From Candidatus Woesearchaeota archaeon (lineage in GTDB: Archaea > Nanobdellota > Nanobdellia > Woesearchaeales > JAGVYO01), in assembly GCA_018303225.1 (NCBI GenBank), contig JAGVYO010000006.1, positions 1 to 48,046 on the forward strand: a stretch of 48,046 bases of DNA, read 5' to 3'. The position numbers and the translations under genes were made by a program. The notes beneath the pieces were generated by a model. It was not told the origin of the DNA. It saw nothing but the letters and a program-made list of their open reading frames with translations, and did not search any database. Below are positions 37,386 through 47,212 of the stretch, piece by piece; within the stretch, counting starts at the first letter, position 1; every line of letters begins with the position of its first letter.

Positions 37386-37961
37386 ATGGCAAACAACAGA
37401 AGTAGCCATATCGAAACGCTTCCAAGTTTAATAGGCGATTTTACATACGTGCTGGACAATAAGGACAGAATCAATATCCCGTCAACTTTTAGGAAAGACA
37501 TCCAAGAAAGAAACAGATTTCTCATAAGGCATGATAGGAATTTTACAGTTACGGATGATTGTCTTTACTATGGAACCACCCCCCTCCTAGCAGCAGAATT
37601 AGAAAGAGGGGTGCTGGATATAGTGCACGATATGCTAGTGTACAACCTGCTACGAAGAAAAAGAGATGAGCAGCGATCACGAAAGAAAGAGTTGACAGGG
37701 AATGGAGAACTTGAAAATTTCCCCATTTATATGTATCAGACAGGAGATTCTGAAATTTTTGTATGCGGATATGCTGATTTTACAATCATTAGTGGCGAAA
37801 AAGGGAGTAACATCAGACCCTTGTACAAACATCCGTTAGACAATCAGGGAAGAATACCGATACCTGAAGAAGTTAAAAGACAACTTGGGCTCGAAGACAA
37901 AGTCAGATTTGTAGGGTATGACAACAAAATTAAGCTAGAGAAGCCTCAGCCAACGCTATAA
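37386..37961 (+). CDS. MraZ-like duplicated SpoVT/AbrB protein
   Basis: IGDFTYVLDNKDRINIPSTFR and LDNQGRIPIPEEVKRQLGLEDKVRFVG match the two MraZ DxxGR repeats. Confidence 0.75.
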   Translation: MANNRSSHIETLPSLIGDFTYVLDNKDRINIPSTFRKDIQERNRFLIRHDRNFTVTDDCLYYGTTPLLAAELERGVLDIVHDMLVYNLLRRKRDEQRSRKKELTGNGELENFPIYMYQTGDSEIFVCGYADFTIISGEKGSNIRPLYKHPLDNQGRIPIPEEVKRQLGLEDKVRFVGYDNKIKLEKPQPTL

Positions 37962-39133
37962 TAATCTTCCAGCACAACCTTATCCACTTCTTCCAGTTTC
38001 CGCACAATGAACAATCTACCTTCGCCCAATTGAGCGATCTTCTCTGCCAGTTTCCTTCCCTTCTCGTCCAATTGGATCCCGATGACTGAAATCGTGATGC
38101 CGTGGCTTCGGGCCAACGAGACCATCTCCAGCGTCTCTTTCTCCGGGTCTTCGCCGATGGTGGGCAGCGCATCGCTCAGCAGGATCAAATGCTTGGTGAT
38201 GTGCGTCTCCGGAAACAATTCGATGGCTTTCTTCAGCATGGCCGCAAGATTCGTCTCCCTGCTGGCCCGTATCCTCGCAATCTCGTTCAATAGCAGCGAG
38301 AAATCGTGCGTCGGTGCGATCTCTTCCTTGATGTCCGATCCGAACACAATCAAACCCACTTTATCCTTTTCCTGCAGCGCCTTGTACGCCAGCGCGATGC
38401 CGGCCTTCTTGCAGACATCGATCTTGCGGCCGCGCATAGAGCCTGAGGCATCCAGTGCATAGATGAGGTTCACATTGCCCTTGCTCTCCTTCTCGAAGGT
38501 CTTGAGATCGGTCTTCCGCAATTCCTCGTGGCCGCGGCGCACCGCCGTCTTAAGGGAACTGCGCAGCGCGATATCCCGGTAGCGATCCCCTTTCCTATAC
38601 TCTTTTACGTCGTTCTTGTCGCCATAGAGGAACTGCCTTTTGGTGGCTTTCTCGCCGAACGCGCCTTTCGGAAGGAGATGATCCAGCTCTTCAGTATAAA
38701 GAATCAGCGAAGCCAGCTGGACGCCCTTGTCCGTGATGCTGCCTTCGTTGTCCACGAAATGGGCATCTTTCAGCTTCTGGAAATGCGCCGCCATGGAAGT
38801 GCGCAGCTCTTTCTGGAACTCCGGGATATGGATGTTTTTCTTGACGTAGGCAGGCTCATAGCCTGTCAGCTCGCGGATTAAGGATTCGCCAAACAGCTGC
38901 TTCGCCAGAGAATAGTTCTTCACCAGCTGCTCAAACATCAGCTCCGCTGTAAAGGAAGAAAGCCCCTGGTTCAGGGCCTCCTTGAGCAGACGGCCCTCCT
39001 GGACAATCTCCTTGTCATTGTCCATCACAAGGTGCATCAGCTTCTGCTCCTCGGTCTGCGAGGCCAGTTTGCCGGTCAATTGCTCTATCTCAGAAGCCTC
39101 TTCGACCTTCGCCTCAACGTCAAAGAGACTCAC
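37946..39133 (-). CDS. VWA-domain protein
   Basis: YRKGD..RDI, LDASGSM MIDAS, TNL, ILLSDALP. Confidence 0.9.
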   Translation of the reverse strand: MSLFDVEAKVEEASEIEQLTGKLASQTEEQKLMHLVMDNDKEIVQEGRLLKEALNQGLSSFTAELMFEQLVKNYSLAKQLFGESLIRELTGYEPAYVKKNIHIPEFQKELRTSMAAHFQKLKDAHFVDNEGSITDKGVQLASLILYTEELDHLLPKGAFGEKATKRQFLYGDKNDVKEYRKGDRYRDIALRSSLKTAVRRGHEELRKTDLKTFEKESKGNVNLIYALDASGSMRGRKIDVCKKAGIALAYKALQEKDKVGLIVFGSDIKEEIAPTHDFSLLLNEIARIRASRETNLAAMLKKAIELFPETHITKHLILLSDALPTIGEDPEKETLEMVSLARSHGITISVIGIQLDEKGRKLAEKIAQLGEGRLFIVRKLEEVDKVVLEDYYSVG

Positions 39134-40142
39134 CGCGGTCTGCTTGCTCCTCGTACATTTCAGAAATCTGTTTAAACTGCTCCTCGATAAATTCCTCGGG
39201 CTTCTGCAGGAATTTCACCGAAGGCTTGAGCGCGATGCGGTGCGCCAATACCGAAACGACGACCGCTTTCAGATCTTCGAACGTGACGTTCTTGCGTTGG
39301 TTCAGGTAGGCATGGCTCTGGCTGCGTTCATACAGGCCGATGGTGCCGCGCACGCCGGGCTTTTTGCTGAGCTTGTCGCTTTCCCGCAGCAGCCGGACGA
39401 AATGGATGGCCATGGTCAGGAGCGCGTCCGGGAAAGCCGTCATTTTCTTTCCTTTGCTCAGTACGATCTGCTTTTCAAGGTCCGCGGTCTCCGGATAGGA
39501 CATATGGATTAGGTCAAAACGGTCCAGGAAAACATCCGATAATTTTTCGGTGCTCGTATCCTCGGGATTCATGGTGCCGATGAAGATGAAATCGGCCGTC
39601 AGGTCAACCGAATAGCTGCCGATGGTGGCTTTGCGCTCTTCCAGCACCTGCAGCATCGCGTTCTGCAGCTTCTCCGGGCAGCGATTGATCTCGTCAAAGA
39701 ACAGGATGCCGCGGTTGGCCTTGAAGATCTTGCCGGGCGTGAACGCCTCTAAGCTCAAGGCGCCGTACTGGATGGCCTTCACCGGATCGATATCCCCTAT
39801 CAAATCTTCTACAGTCAAATCCGGACTGCCCTGGATGCGCACAAACCGCTGCTCGCCTCTGATTTTCTCCGCACTTAAGGATTTCCTGCTCCGGCACTGC
39901 GGGCATATCGGATCTTTCGGGTCGCAATGGTATGGGCAGCCTTTTACCACCTCAATCTCAGGCAGCAGCTTGGCCACATTTTTGGCCAGCGTTGTTTTTC
40001 CAACGCCGGGCATGCCTACGATGATGACGTGCCGGCCCATCAGGAGCGCGGACTTTAAGGAGGACTTTACCTCTTCCTGCCCCAGGATATCGCCAAAGGG
40101 CTCTTTTCCTATCAGGATGGTCTTCAGTTGCTGGTAGAGCAT
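39120..40142 (-). CDS. ChlI/MoxR-like AAA+ ATPase
   Basis: GMPGVGKT, CPYHCDP..CPQC, FDEINR, GTMNPED, LDRF. Confidence 0.9.
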   Translation of the reverse strand: MLYQQLKTILIGKEPFGDILGQEEVKSSLKSALLMGRHVIIVGMPGVGKTTLAKNVAKLLPEIEVVKGCPYHCDPKDPICPQCRSRKSLSAEKIRGEQRFVRIQGSPDLTVEDLIGDIDPVKAIQYGALSLEAFTPGKIFKANRGILFFDEINRCPEKLQNAMLQVLEERKATIGSYSVDLTADFIFIGTMNPEDTSTEKLSDVFLDRFDLIHMSYPETADLEKQIVLSKGKKMTAFPDALLTMAIHFVRLLRESDKLSKKPGVRGTIGLYERSQSHAYLNQRKNVTFEDLKAVVVSVLAHRIALKPSVKFLQKPEEFIEEQFKQISEMYEEQADRGESL

Positions 40143-40233
40143 GGTATACAGCAGAGAAGAAAGCGCTGTGATTTAAAAAGATTTGGACAAAACAATTGGT
40201 TTTATATAAGGGAGTTGCCCGACACCCTGAAAA

Positions 40234-40866
40234 ATGGAACCGGAAACCGAGAAGCCAATTAAAAAGCCCGTCTTCGGATTCGGCTGGATCCGGAAGCTGT
40301 ATGATTACGTCCTCTCCTGGGCCTACAAGAAATATGCCGGCCTGGCGCTGTTCGTATTGGCCTTCATGGAATCCTCGTTCTTCCCCGTCCCGCCGGATGT
40401 GCTGCAGATTTCATTGTCCGTATCAAGACCCAAAAAATCATGGATATGGGCGTTCATCGCCCTTGCAGGGTCTGTCTTTGGAGCCGTGTTGGGCTACTTC
40501 ATCGGCCTGTTTTTCTACGAGACCATCGGGCAAGCTATCATCCATACGCTAGGGTACGAGCACTACTTTCAGCAGGTGGGTGATTTGTACAACCGATACG
40601 CGTTCTGGGCCGTGATAACAGCAGCCATTACGCCCATCCCCTATAAAGTGTTCACCATTGCAGCCGGAGTTTTTCAGATCGCCTGGGCGCCGTTTATGCT
40701 GGCGTCCGTCATCGGACGGGGCATCCGCTTTTTCGGTGTCGCAACGCTGTTCTATTTCTTCGGGCCGAAAATCAAAGAATTCATCGACAAGTACTTCAAC
40801 ATATTGACAGTCGTATTCATGATTCTGCTGATAGGGGGATTTGTCGTGATAAAGTATGTGGTTTAA
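40234..40866 (+). CDS. YqaA/DedA family membrane protein
   Basis: ESSFFPVPPD, GSVFGAVLGY, TPIPYKVFTIAAG, GRGIRFF. Confidence 0.92.
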   Translation: MEPETEKPIKKPVFGFGWIRKLYDYVLSWAYKKYAGLALFVLAFMESSFFPVPPDVLQISLSVSRPKKSWIWAFIALAGSVFGAVLGYFIGLFFYETIGQAIIHTLGYEHYFQQVGDLYNRYAFWAVITAAITPIPYKVFTIAAGVFQIAWAPFMLASVIGRGIRFFGVATLFYFFGPKIKEFIDKYFNILTVVFMILLIGGFVVIKYVV

Positions 40867-40869
40867 GAG

Positions 40870-41892
40870 CTAAAGAACATCCCCATTGATTTCATCCCGG
40901 ACCATCTTGCGGGCGCCGATTTTAACGCCCGGCCTCAGAACGACCCTCTCGGCCTTGACATAATCGCCTACGATGGCTCCCAATCTGGGAACGCGGATCT
41001 CTTTGCCTTTTACCGCAACCCGTACATTCTCCCCGGCCAGCGCCTTTCCGTTGAAGAACACATGCGACCCGATCACCGAATCCTCCACGACCGAGCCTTC
41101 CTCAATGAGAGTAGAATGCATCACAATGGAGTTCCGGACCGTTCCTTTGATGGAGCAATTGGGACCGATCGAGCTGTTCTCCACCTTTCCCGTGATCTTG
41201 GAGTTTTCCCCGATGGAATTCCCGCGGCGAAAATCCCGGTCCGCGCGCAACAGGTCCCACGGATAGGCGATGGGCCACCAGTGCTCCGTGACCACGTACC
41301 GCAGCTCGTTATCCTGGATCAGCCATTGCAGCATGTCAATCAGTTCGTACTCGCCGCGCGGGGATTTTTGCAGGGGGGCCCCAAAAAGGGTCTTGTCCAA
41401 CTTGTACAGTGCGCAGTTGGCCAGCTTGGAGACAAAATGAGCGGGCTTCTCCACAATCGACGTGACGCGGTTGCCGTCCACCTCCAGCACCCCGAACGAG
41501 GACGGATCCTCGACTTCCTTGGCAAGGATGGACAACGGAAGTTCGGTGCATTTCTCGATATCCTTCCGGCGGTAGATATCGTCTCCCATCATCAGCAGGA
41601 AATCATCCCGGATAAGATCTTTCGCGGCCATCAGCGCATGGCCTGTGCCTTTTGCCTCGTGCTGCTCGACGTATATGATTTTCAGCGAGCCCCACCGCTC
41701 GCCGAAATGATTTTTGATCATCTCTTTCTTATAGCCCACCACGATAATGGCCTCGTCCGCCAATCCCTGCAATGCATCCAGGTGATAGGCCAGGATGGGC
41801 TTGTTGGCAATGGGCAGCAGCGGTTTCGGCACGGTCTGGGTCAATGGCCAGGTGCGCGTCGATTCTCCCGCAGCCAGGATGACGGCTTGCAT
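40870..41892 (-). CDS. Sugar-phosphate nucleotidyltransferase (archaeal GlmU-like)
   Basis: AVILAAGESTRTWPLT..PKPLL, GTGHA, VEKP, SPRGEYEL, short beta-helix. Confidence 0.9.
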   Translation of the reverse strand: MQAVILAAGESTRTWPLTQTVPKPLLPIANKPILAYHLDALQGLADEAIIVVGYKKEMIKNHFGERWGSLKIIYVEQHEAKGTGHALMAAKDLIRDDFLLMMGDDIYRRKDIEKCTELPLSILAKEVEDPSSFGVLEVDGNRVTSIVEKPAHFVSKLANCALYKLDKTLFGAPLQKSPRGEYELIDMLQWLIQDNELRYVVTEHWWPIAYPWDLLRADRDFRRGNSIGENSKITGKVENSSIGPNCSIKGTVRNSIVMHSTLIEEGSVVEDSVIGSHVFFNGKALAGENVRVAVKGKEIRVPRLGAIVGDYVKAERVVLRPGVKIGARKMVRDEINGDVL

Positions 41893-43136
41893 TATTCCAC
41901 CACCACATCCGTGATTTTGCATTCAAAAGGATTGTCCTGCATGAGGGAGGTGAAATAGCCATCAACCGTGGTGAAGGGCCGTTTGACATTCGCATAGATG
42001 CGGCCATTTTTGGCAAAGGTCGCATCGTGCTTTTTCCGGAAGATTTCGGCATGTTTCTCCATCTCCAGGGGCGGGCCTTCCTGGACGCGTTCTTTCGGCA
42101 GCGGCTTCGGGCCCACCATGAAATAGAACTGCGCTTTTTTCTTCTTGTCCCAGGACCATTCCTTGCCCGTCACCTTGAATTCGTGCCTCGTGAGATCCGC
42201 TGCGATCTGCTCGAACATCGCCAGCAGCTTGCAGCCCACCACGTCGCGCTTGCCGGCAGGAGCGGCGATATCCAGGATGGCCAGGAGATTGCCTTTCTTT
42301 TTTTTCCGGAACGCCTCGGCGCTGACAGGATGCTCTTCAAAGAAAGGGACAGAAGGCCGTTTAAGGAACTGGCGGCAATGCTCCTTGAAGCACTCGAATT
42401 TCTCCGGGCTGACCGCGGCGGCTGAATTGCGGCCCGGCTGGACCGGATCCGCAATGACCAGCGGCCCCTGGGTCTTAGAGGTGTTCAGCTCCAGCAGGAT
42501 GTTTTTCTTTGAATAGCGCTTCTCCGGATCAACAATGACCTTATCGCCCCATTTGGCCGCGGCCCTCACGAGCGGGAGGAATCCCTTATGATGGATTACC
42601 AGCACTTCGCACACATACCCGGAAAAGCCATTGATATAGCTCTCCGCACCGTAGACACCGGCACTTTTGCAGAACTGCTTCATCAGCCGGATGTCATCCG
42701 CATATCTTGCATGCTTCCGCACCCATTTTGAATGCAGGGGGCTCACGTCGGTTATGTTGACCGCCTGCCTGGCATTCGGAATAGAAAGGATTGGCACGAT
42801 CTCAAACGTAAAATGGCCTTCCCGGATCTGGAAGTAGTCCCTGGAGCCGTGCAGGCGCTGCACGTTTTTGAAGGATCTCTTCAATGTCTTTTCCAGGATA
42901 TCCGCCAACAGATCGCTTTTATCCCTGAATTTCTTATAATCAAAACAGACAAAAATGTCCGCATCCCCGGCATTCTTGAGCCATGTGCCCTTGGCCCCCG
43001 AGCCGCCCAGGACTGCTTTCGCGCCCTTCAGATTCCTTCTGATTTTCTTCAGGAACCCGTCTACCTTCGTCCGCATAGAGGACTCTTCCTCTTTCGAGGG
43101 CTTGATGCGCATCAGCGCTCCCTGCAGAATTTTCAT
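41892..43136 (-). CDS. cca: Class I CCA-adding enzyme
   Basis: GGSGAKGTWL..DADIF, EIVP, DVSPLH, VYGAESYINGFSGY, DPVQPGRNSAAA. Confidence 0.95.
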   Translation of the reverse strand: MKILQGALMRIKPSKEEESSMRTKVDGFLKKIRRNLKGAKAVLGGSGAKGTWLKNAGDADIFVCFDYKKFRDKSDLLADILEKTLKRSFKNVQRLHGSRDYFQIREGHFTFEIVPILSIPNARQAVNITDVSPLHSKWVRKHARYADDIRLMKQFCKSAGVYGAESYINGFSGYVCEVLVIHHKGFLPLVRAAAKWGDKVIVDPEKRYSKKNILLELNTSKTQGPLVIADPVQPGRNSAAAVSPEKFECFKEHCRQFLKRPSVPFFEEHPVSAEAFRKKKKGNLLAILDIAAPAGKRDVVGCKLLAMFEQIAADLTRHEFKVTGKEWSWDKKKKAQFYFMVGPKPLPKERVQEGPPLEMEKHAEIFRKKHDATFAKNGRIYANVKRPFTTVDGYFTSLMQDNPFECKITDVVVE

Positions 43137-43200
43137 AGCGGGATTGGATTCCGTGGACTATAAAAGGCTTTTGGCAAAAAGGACTGTGCCAAATAGGGAT

Positions 43201-43228
43201 CCATCGTATAACATATGTTAAGTGAAAT
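43201..43228. other. dif-like tyrosine recombinase site
   Basis: CCATCGTATAA CATATG TTAAGTGAAAT: 11-6-11 layout similar to dif GGTGCGCATAA-N6-TTATGTTAAAT. Confidence 0.6.
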
Positions 43229-43325
43229 TTTTTCGGGGTACGCAAATAGTAAAGTATTTAAACATCATATGTTATAATATCAAAAGGCCGAAGTAAATTA
43301 AGATATCTAATCAGGTGGAAGTTAT

Positions 43326-43724
43326 ATGGTAAATTGTAAAAAGTGCAATAAACAAATAACAGATCCAAATGATATCAATGTTTTAGCATTGCTTGGGATA
43401 AAACCAATTACAATGTGCAATACTTGCTATGCTTCTCGTGAAAGAGGTATTACAAGACATCTCTTCTATTACCCCAAATGGTTTCCACTTAATAGCACGC
43501 CATTTATTATCATATTAATTCTGGCAACTATTATTTTTCCAATCATTATCGTTGCTATTTTTTTAGGTAGTGGAACAGCTGCTGTAAATGGCGAACCAAC
43601 GGAATTATCATTTGGGGTAAAAACCCTAATTGCTTTATTGTTTCTTATTATATTAGGATGGCAATGGATTCTTTGGTTTATTGCAAAAAGCGCAGTAAAT
43701 AAAACTAAGTCTTCTTATCAGTAG
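43326..43724 (+). CDS. AT-rich zinc-ribbon two-TM membrane protein
   Basis: CKKC..CNTC then two TM helices; much more AT-rich than neighbours. Confidence 0.8.
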   Translation: MVNCKKCNKQITDPNDINVLALLGIKPITMCNTCYASRERGITRHLFYYPKWFPLNSTPFIIILILATIIFPIIIVAIFLGSGTAAVNGEPTELSFGVKTLIALLFLIILGWQWILWFIAKSAVNKTKSSYQ

Positions 43725-43814
43725 TTATAGCGTGCCCCAAAAAAACTCTGCGGACGAAGTTTGACCACACTTCGTATGGTCGAAGGGCATAACAACGCAG
43801 CGGATATGTTATGC

Positions 43815-43998
43815 ACGCATTAAATAAAAGGATCATTTTGCTACGATAGCGGCCAAAATAAAAGAACGCATTAAAAAATTATTTTTTAGAGCGATAGCGC
43901 AAGTGCAAAAATTTCCTACGGAAATTTTTGGGATGAGCCTATCCGTTATAAAAAAGAGTTTTGCCAATGCGTCCTTTTTTTCTTTGAGCCTTGCAACA
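43815..43998 (-). repeat. Repeat family B, copy 7 (reverse orientation)
   Basis: Minus strand GGATAGGCTCATCCCAAAAATTTCCGTAGGAAATTTTTG..CGCTATCGC..TTAATGCG. Confidence 0.85.
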
Positions 43999-44105
43999 AC
44001 AAAGATAGTCGAATTTGATGGGGATGACACGTAGAAAGGAATGGACAAATTTCAGGCACCTATTTTACGGAAACGTTTATAAAAAGAGAGCGGCTTTCGG
44101 GGATT

Positions 44106-44486
44106 ATGAAAAAAATCATCCTGGACACCAATTTCCTGCTGATACCCGTCCAGCTGAAGGTGGATATTTTCTCCGAGTTTCACCGGATCATGGACCAAAA
44201 GTACCAATTGTGCGTCCTTGAGCCTTCGCTGGTGGAATTAAAAAAACTGCAGAAAATCGCCAAGACCAAAACAGCCGCCAATGTCGCATTTCAATTAATC
44301 GAGAAAAAGGACGTCACCGTGCTGCCCTCCGCCGAACCCTATGTGGACGATGCCATCGTGCACTATGCCGAAAAAGAGCCGGTTATCGTGGCCACCCGGG
44401 ACAAAGCGCTCATGGACAGCCTCAGAAATCAGGGCACGCCTGTCATTACCCTCCGTCAGAAAAAATACCTCATTTTTCGTCCCTAA
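44106..44486 (+). CDS. Fcf1/Utp24-like PIN protein
   Basis: ILDTNFLLIP..VDIF, VDDAI, VATRDKAL, LRQKKYL; usual position before rpoE. Confidence 0.9.
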   Translation: MKKIILDTNFLLIPVQLKVDIFSEFHRIMDQKYQLCVLEPSLVELKKLQKIAKTKTAANVAFQLIEKKDVTVLPSAEPYVDDAIVHYAEKEPVIVATRDKALMDSLRNQGTPVITLRQKKYLIFRP

Positions 44487-44529
44487 ATCGAGAGAAAGCT
44501 TTAAATAATACCAGTTAACACCAGAACCC

Positions 44530-45111
44530 ATGTTTTATAAAGTACAGGTAAACGACCACATACGTGTTCCTCCGGATTTCTTCAAGCTGCCGGTAGACGA
44601 CGCTGTCACCCAACGGATCAAGAAGAAATATGAGGGGCACATCTCCAAAGAGATAGGCATCGTGATCGATGTAGCGGATGTCCAGGATATCGGCGAAGGC
44701 GTGATCATCCCGGGCGACGGCGCATCGTATTATGACGTGACATTCGACCTGCTGACCTTCAAGCCGGAGATGCAGGAAGTGGTGTTGGGCCGGATCAAGG
44801 ACATTGCTGATTTTGGCGCGTTCATCAACATGGGCCCTCTCGAGGGCATGATCCACGTCTCGCAGACCATGGATGATTTTGTGTCCTTTTCCAAGGAAAA
44901 GGTGCTGACCGGGAAAGAAAGCCATAAGACCCTGAAAGTAGGCGACCTGTGCAGGGCAAGAATAATCGCCGTATCCTTCAAAGACGTGGCCAACCCGAAA
45001 TTGGGCCTCACCATGCGGCAGCCGGGGCTCGGAAGATTGGACTGGATCAACCTGCAAAGCGAGGAAAAAGAAGAGGTCAAGGAAGAGAAATCTCCCAAAG
45101 GCAAAAAATGA
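44530..45111 (+). CDS. rpoE1: RNA polymerase subunit E' (Rpo7)
   Basis: IRVPP, GEGVIIPGDG, FGAF..GP.EGMIHVSQ, LTMRQPGLG. Confidence 0.96.
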   Translation: MFYKVQVNDHIRVPPDFFKLPVDDAVTQRIKKKYEGHISKEIGIVIDVADVQDIGEGVIIPGDGASYYDVTFDLLTFKPEMQEVVLGRIKDIADFGAFINMGPLEGMIHVSQTMDDFVSFSKEKVLTGKESHKTLKVGDLCRARIIAVSFKDVANPKLGLTMRQPGLGRLDWINLQSEEKEEVKEEKSPKGKK

Positions 45112-45296
45112 GCAAGAAAAAAGCATGCAAGCAGTGCAAATTCCTGGTAGAAGGGGACGAGTGCCCGGTCTGCAAGAGCCGGCAGTTCGCCACCAGTTAC
45201 CAAGGCAGATTATTCGTCCTAAGCCCGACCCAGTCGGTCATCGCAAAGAAAGTAGGTTTGTCCGCGCAGGGCGAATACGCGATCAAGGTGAGGTAG
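45108..45296 (+). CDS. spt4: Transcription elongation factor Spt4
   Basis: ACKQCK..CPVC..S.IAKK.G...GEYAIKVR. Confidence 0.95.
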   Translation: MSKKKACKQCKFLVEGDECPVCKSRQFATSYQGRLFVLSPTQSVIAKKVGLSAQGEYAIKVR

Positions 45297-45297
45297 G

Positions 45298-45627
45298 ATG
45301 GAACTGAAGATTCTCAAGGAAGAAGAGGCGCCGCTGTTGTCGCGCCGGAAGATCGTTGCCGACGCAACGTTTTCAGGGGCTACGCCCTCAAAAAAAGAGG
45401 TATGGAAGCAGCTGGCCTCTGCGTTAAAAACCGATGAGAAGCTCGTCGTGGTCAAGAATATCCGTACAAGCTTCGGAAACCAGCAGGCGCGCGTCGTGGC
45501 GCTCCAGTACACGAGCGAGGAAGAGATGAAGCGCATCGAACCGGCCCCGAAGAAGGAAAAAGCCGGGGAAAAGAAAGAGGGTGACGAGGCAAAAGCGGCT
45601 CCTGAAAAGAAGGAAGCTAAAGAATAA
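45298..45627 (+). CDS. rps24e: Ribosomal protein eS24
   Basis: PLLSRR..ATPSKKEV..VVVKNIRTSFG..IEP. Confidence 0.92.
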   Translation: MELKILKEEEAPLLSRRKIVADATFSGATPSKKEVWKQLASALKTDEKLVVVKNIRTSFGNQQARVVALQYTSEEEMKRIEPAPKKEKAGEKKEGDEAKAAPEKKEAKE

Positions 45628-45640
45628 ATCCTGATCCAAG

Positions 45641-45844
45641 ATGGCAGACAAGAAAGAAGAGAAGAAGAAAGCGCCGGCCAAGAAGCTGGGCAAAGGCCGA
45701 TGGAGCATGTACAAGGCCGAAGGCAACAAGCTCATAAGAACGCACAAGTCCTGCCCAAAATGCGGCGCAGGCACATTTCTGGCGCAGCATAAGAACCGCC
45801 TCATGTGCGGCATGTGCCATTATATGGAAAGCATAAAGGCTTAA
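45641..45844 (+). CDS. rps27ae: Ribosomal protein eS31 (S27ae)
   Basis: CPKCGAGTFLAQH..R..CGMCHY. Confidence 0.95.
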   Translation: MADKKEEKKKAPAKKLGKGRWSMYKAEGNKLIRTHKSCPKCGAGTFLAQHKNRLMCGMCHYMESIKA

Positions 45845-46731
45845 TTGTTTTTCTGTGTCTGGAAGGCCAGCAGGTCTTCGGTGGTCAGCTTTTCACCGCG
45901 CCTGATTTTGGCCTCGATCTCCCGCACCTTGCCCCCGATAAGATCAGCCTCTTTCTGTTCCTTGCTTTTTCGCCGGGCCGCACGGAAACTATCCAGCTGC
46001 CGGTGCATCCGGTCCATTTCCTGAAGCCGCTCCTTTAATTGGGCGCTGGCCTCGGTGAACTGCTTCTTGAACTCCATGAATTTCTGGTAATAGCCTTTCT
46101 CTTCTTCGCGCAGCCGGTCGATTTCCCGGGAATCCAAGACGACCGATTCGTGGAGCTTCTGGCTTTCCTGGGCATGCTGCTGCACATCCCGGTGGGCCTT
46201 CTCGGTCTCTCTCCGCAGGCTGCTGAGTTCCCTGGATGCACCCCCGATCTGCGCCCACAACGCGGCATTTTCAGAGGATTCCGCAAACCGCTTCTTCAGC
46301 GCATTGATCTTCTTCATCAGCTCCTTTTCCTTCTCAAAGCTGATGACGTTGGTCTCAAGGTAATGCTCCAGCCGGTCAATCTCATCGCGGATGTACGCCG
46401 GATTGCCGGGAGCGTCGTGCTTCTTCAGGAGACCCTGCTTCTGCTCGTTGAGGGTCTTGACCGTGCCGGCCTTTCCCTTGATGACGGCATGGAGGCGCTC
46501 GCGTTCGGTCTTTGCCTGCCTGACCTTGTCGGTGAGGGCATTCCGCTGGCTGCGGTTTGTCTTGACCCGTGAAATAAGCTCCCTGATTTGGGAAGAAACA
46601 GCTTCTTTTTTCTCAAACCATACTTCTTTCTGCTGGTTTAACTCGTTCAGACGCGATCTCAGTTCAGATACCGCATGGTTAATCTCATCGAGTTTCTTAA
46701 CTACTTCACGCTCTTCGTGTGGTGACGGCAT
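45841..46731 (-). CDS. Archaeal coiled-coil protein (COG1340-like)
   Basis: LETNVISFEKEKEL, AQESQKLHE, GEKLTTEDLLAFQ. Confidence 0.85.
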   Translation of the reverse strand: MPSPHEEREVVKKLDEINHAVSELRSRLNELNQQKEVWFEKKEAVSSQIRELISRVKTNRSQRNALTDKVRQAKTERERLHAVIKGKAGTVKTLNEQKQGLLKKHDAPGNPAYIRDEIDRLEHYLETNVISFEKEKELMKKINALKKRFAESSENAALWAQIGGASRELSSLRRETEKAHRDVQQHAQESQKLHESVVLDSREIDRLREEEKGYYQKFMEFKKQFTEASAQLKERLQEMDRMHRQLDSFRAARRKSKEQKEADLIGGKVREIEAKIRRGEKLTTEDLLAFQTQKNN

Positions 46732-46769
46732 AACATGAACAGCTCATTTTGTGGACAAAAAAGCAAAAA

Positions 46770-46864
46770 TGTCAAGAATCGAAGATTCTTGAGCATGCTC
46801 AGAATTTTCCAAGCAGTGTCGGTGCATACGTTCGCACCGTCAGTCTGGGTGGAAAATTCTGACA
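46770..46864. repeat. Repeat family A, copy 4
   Basis: TGTCAAGAATC..GATTCTTGAGCATGCTCAGAATTTTCC..GGAAAATTCTGACA. Confidence 0.85.
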
Positions 46865-46867
46865 AAT

Positions 46868-47182
46868 TTAGCCGAACAGGGCCCCAAGACCTGCGGCTGC
46901 CTGCTCCTGGCTCTTCTTCTCTTCCTCGACCTTCTTGACCGTGTCTTCCCTCTTGGCCTCAGGAGCGCCGCCAGCGGCCGGTGCAGCTGCCATAGGAGCC
47001 GCCATGACCGCCTGGGTCTCGATTGCTTTTTCAATGTCCACGCCTTCCAGAGCCGCTACCAAAGCCTTGACACGCGCATCTTCCACCTTGACGTGCGCTG
47101 CTTCCAGTATCTTCTTCACAGAAGCCTCGTCAATCTTCTGTCCTGCCTTGTGCAGCAGCATGGCTGCGTAGATGTATTCCAT
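46868..47182 (-). CDS. rpl12: Ribosomal stalk protein P1 (L12)
   Basis: [30 protein letters not shown]. Confidence 0.97.
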   Translation of the reverse strand: MEYIYAAMLLHKAGQKIDEASVKKILEAAHVKVEDARVKALVAALEGVDIEKAIETQAVMAAPMAAAPAAGGAPEAKREDTVKKVEEEKKSQEQAAAGLGALFG

Positions 47183-47212
47183 TTTAGTTTACCTCCGTTA
47201 AAATATGATCAT

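Noticed and set aside
37946..40142. Magnesium chelatase function
   Set aside because: No ChlH/CobN or tetrapyrrole genes; generic AAA+/VWA pair.
43787..43814. Integron attC site (GCATAAC..GTTATGC)
   Set aside because: Too short, no L boxes, no integrase; a decayed dif-like site fits better.
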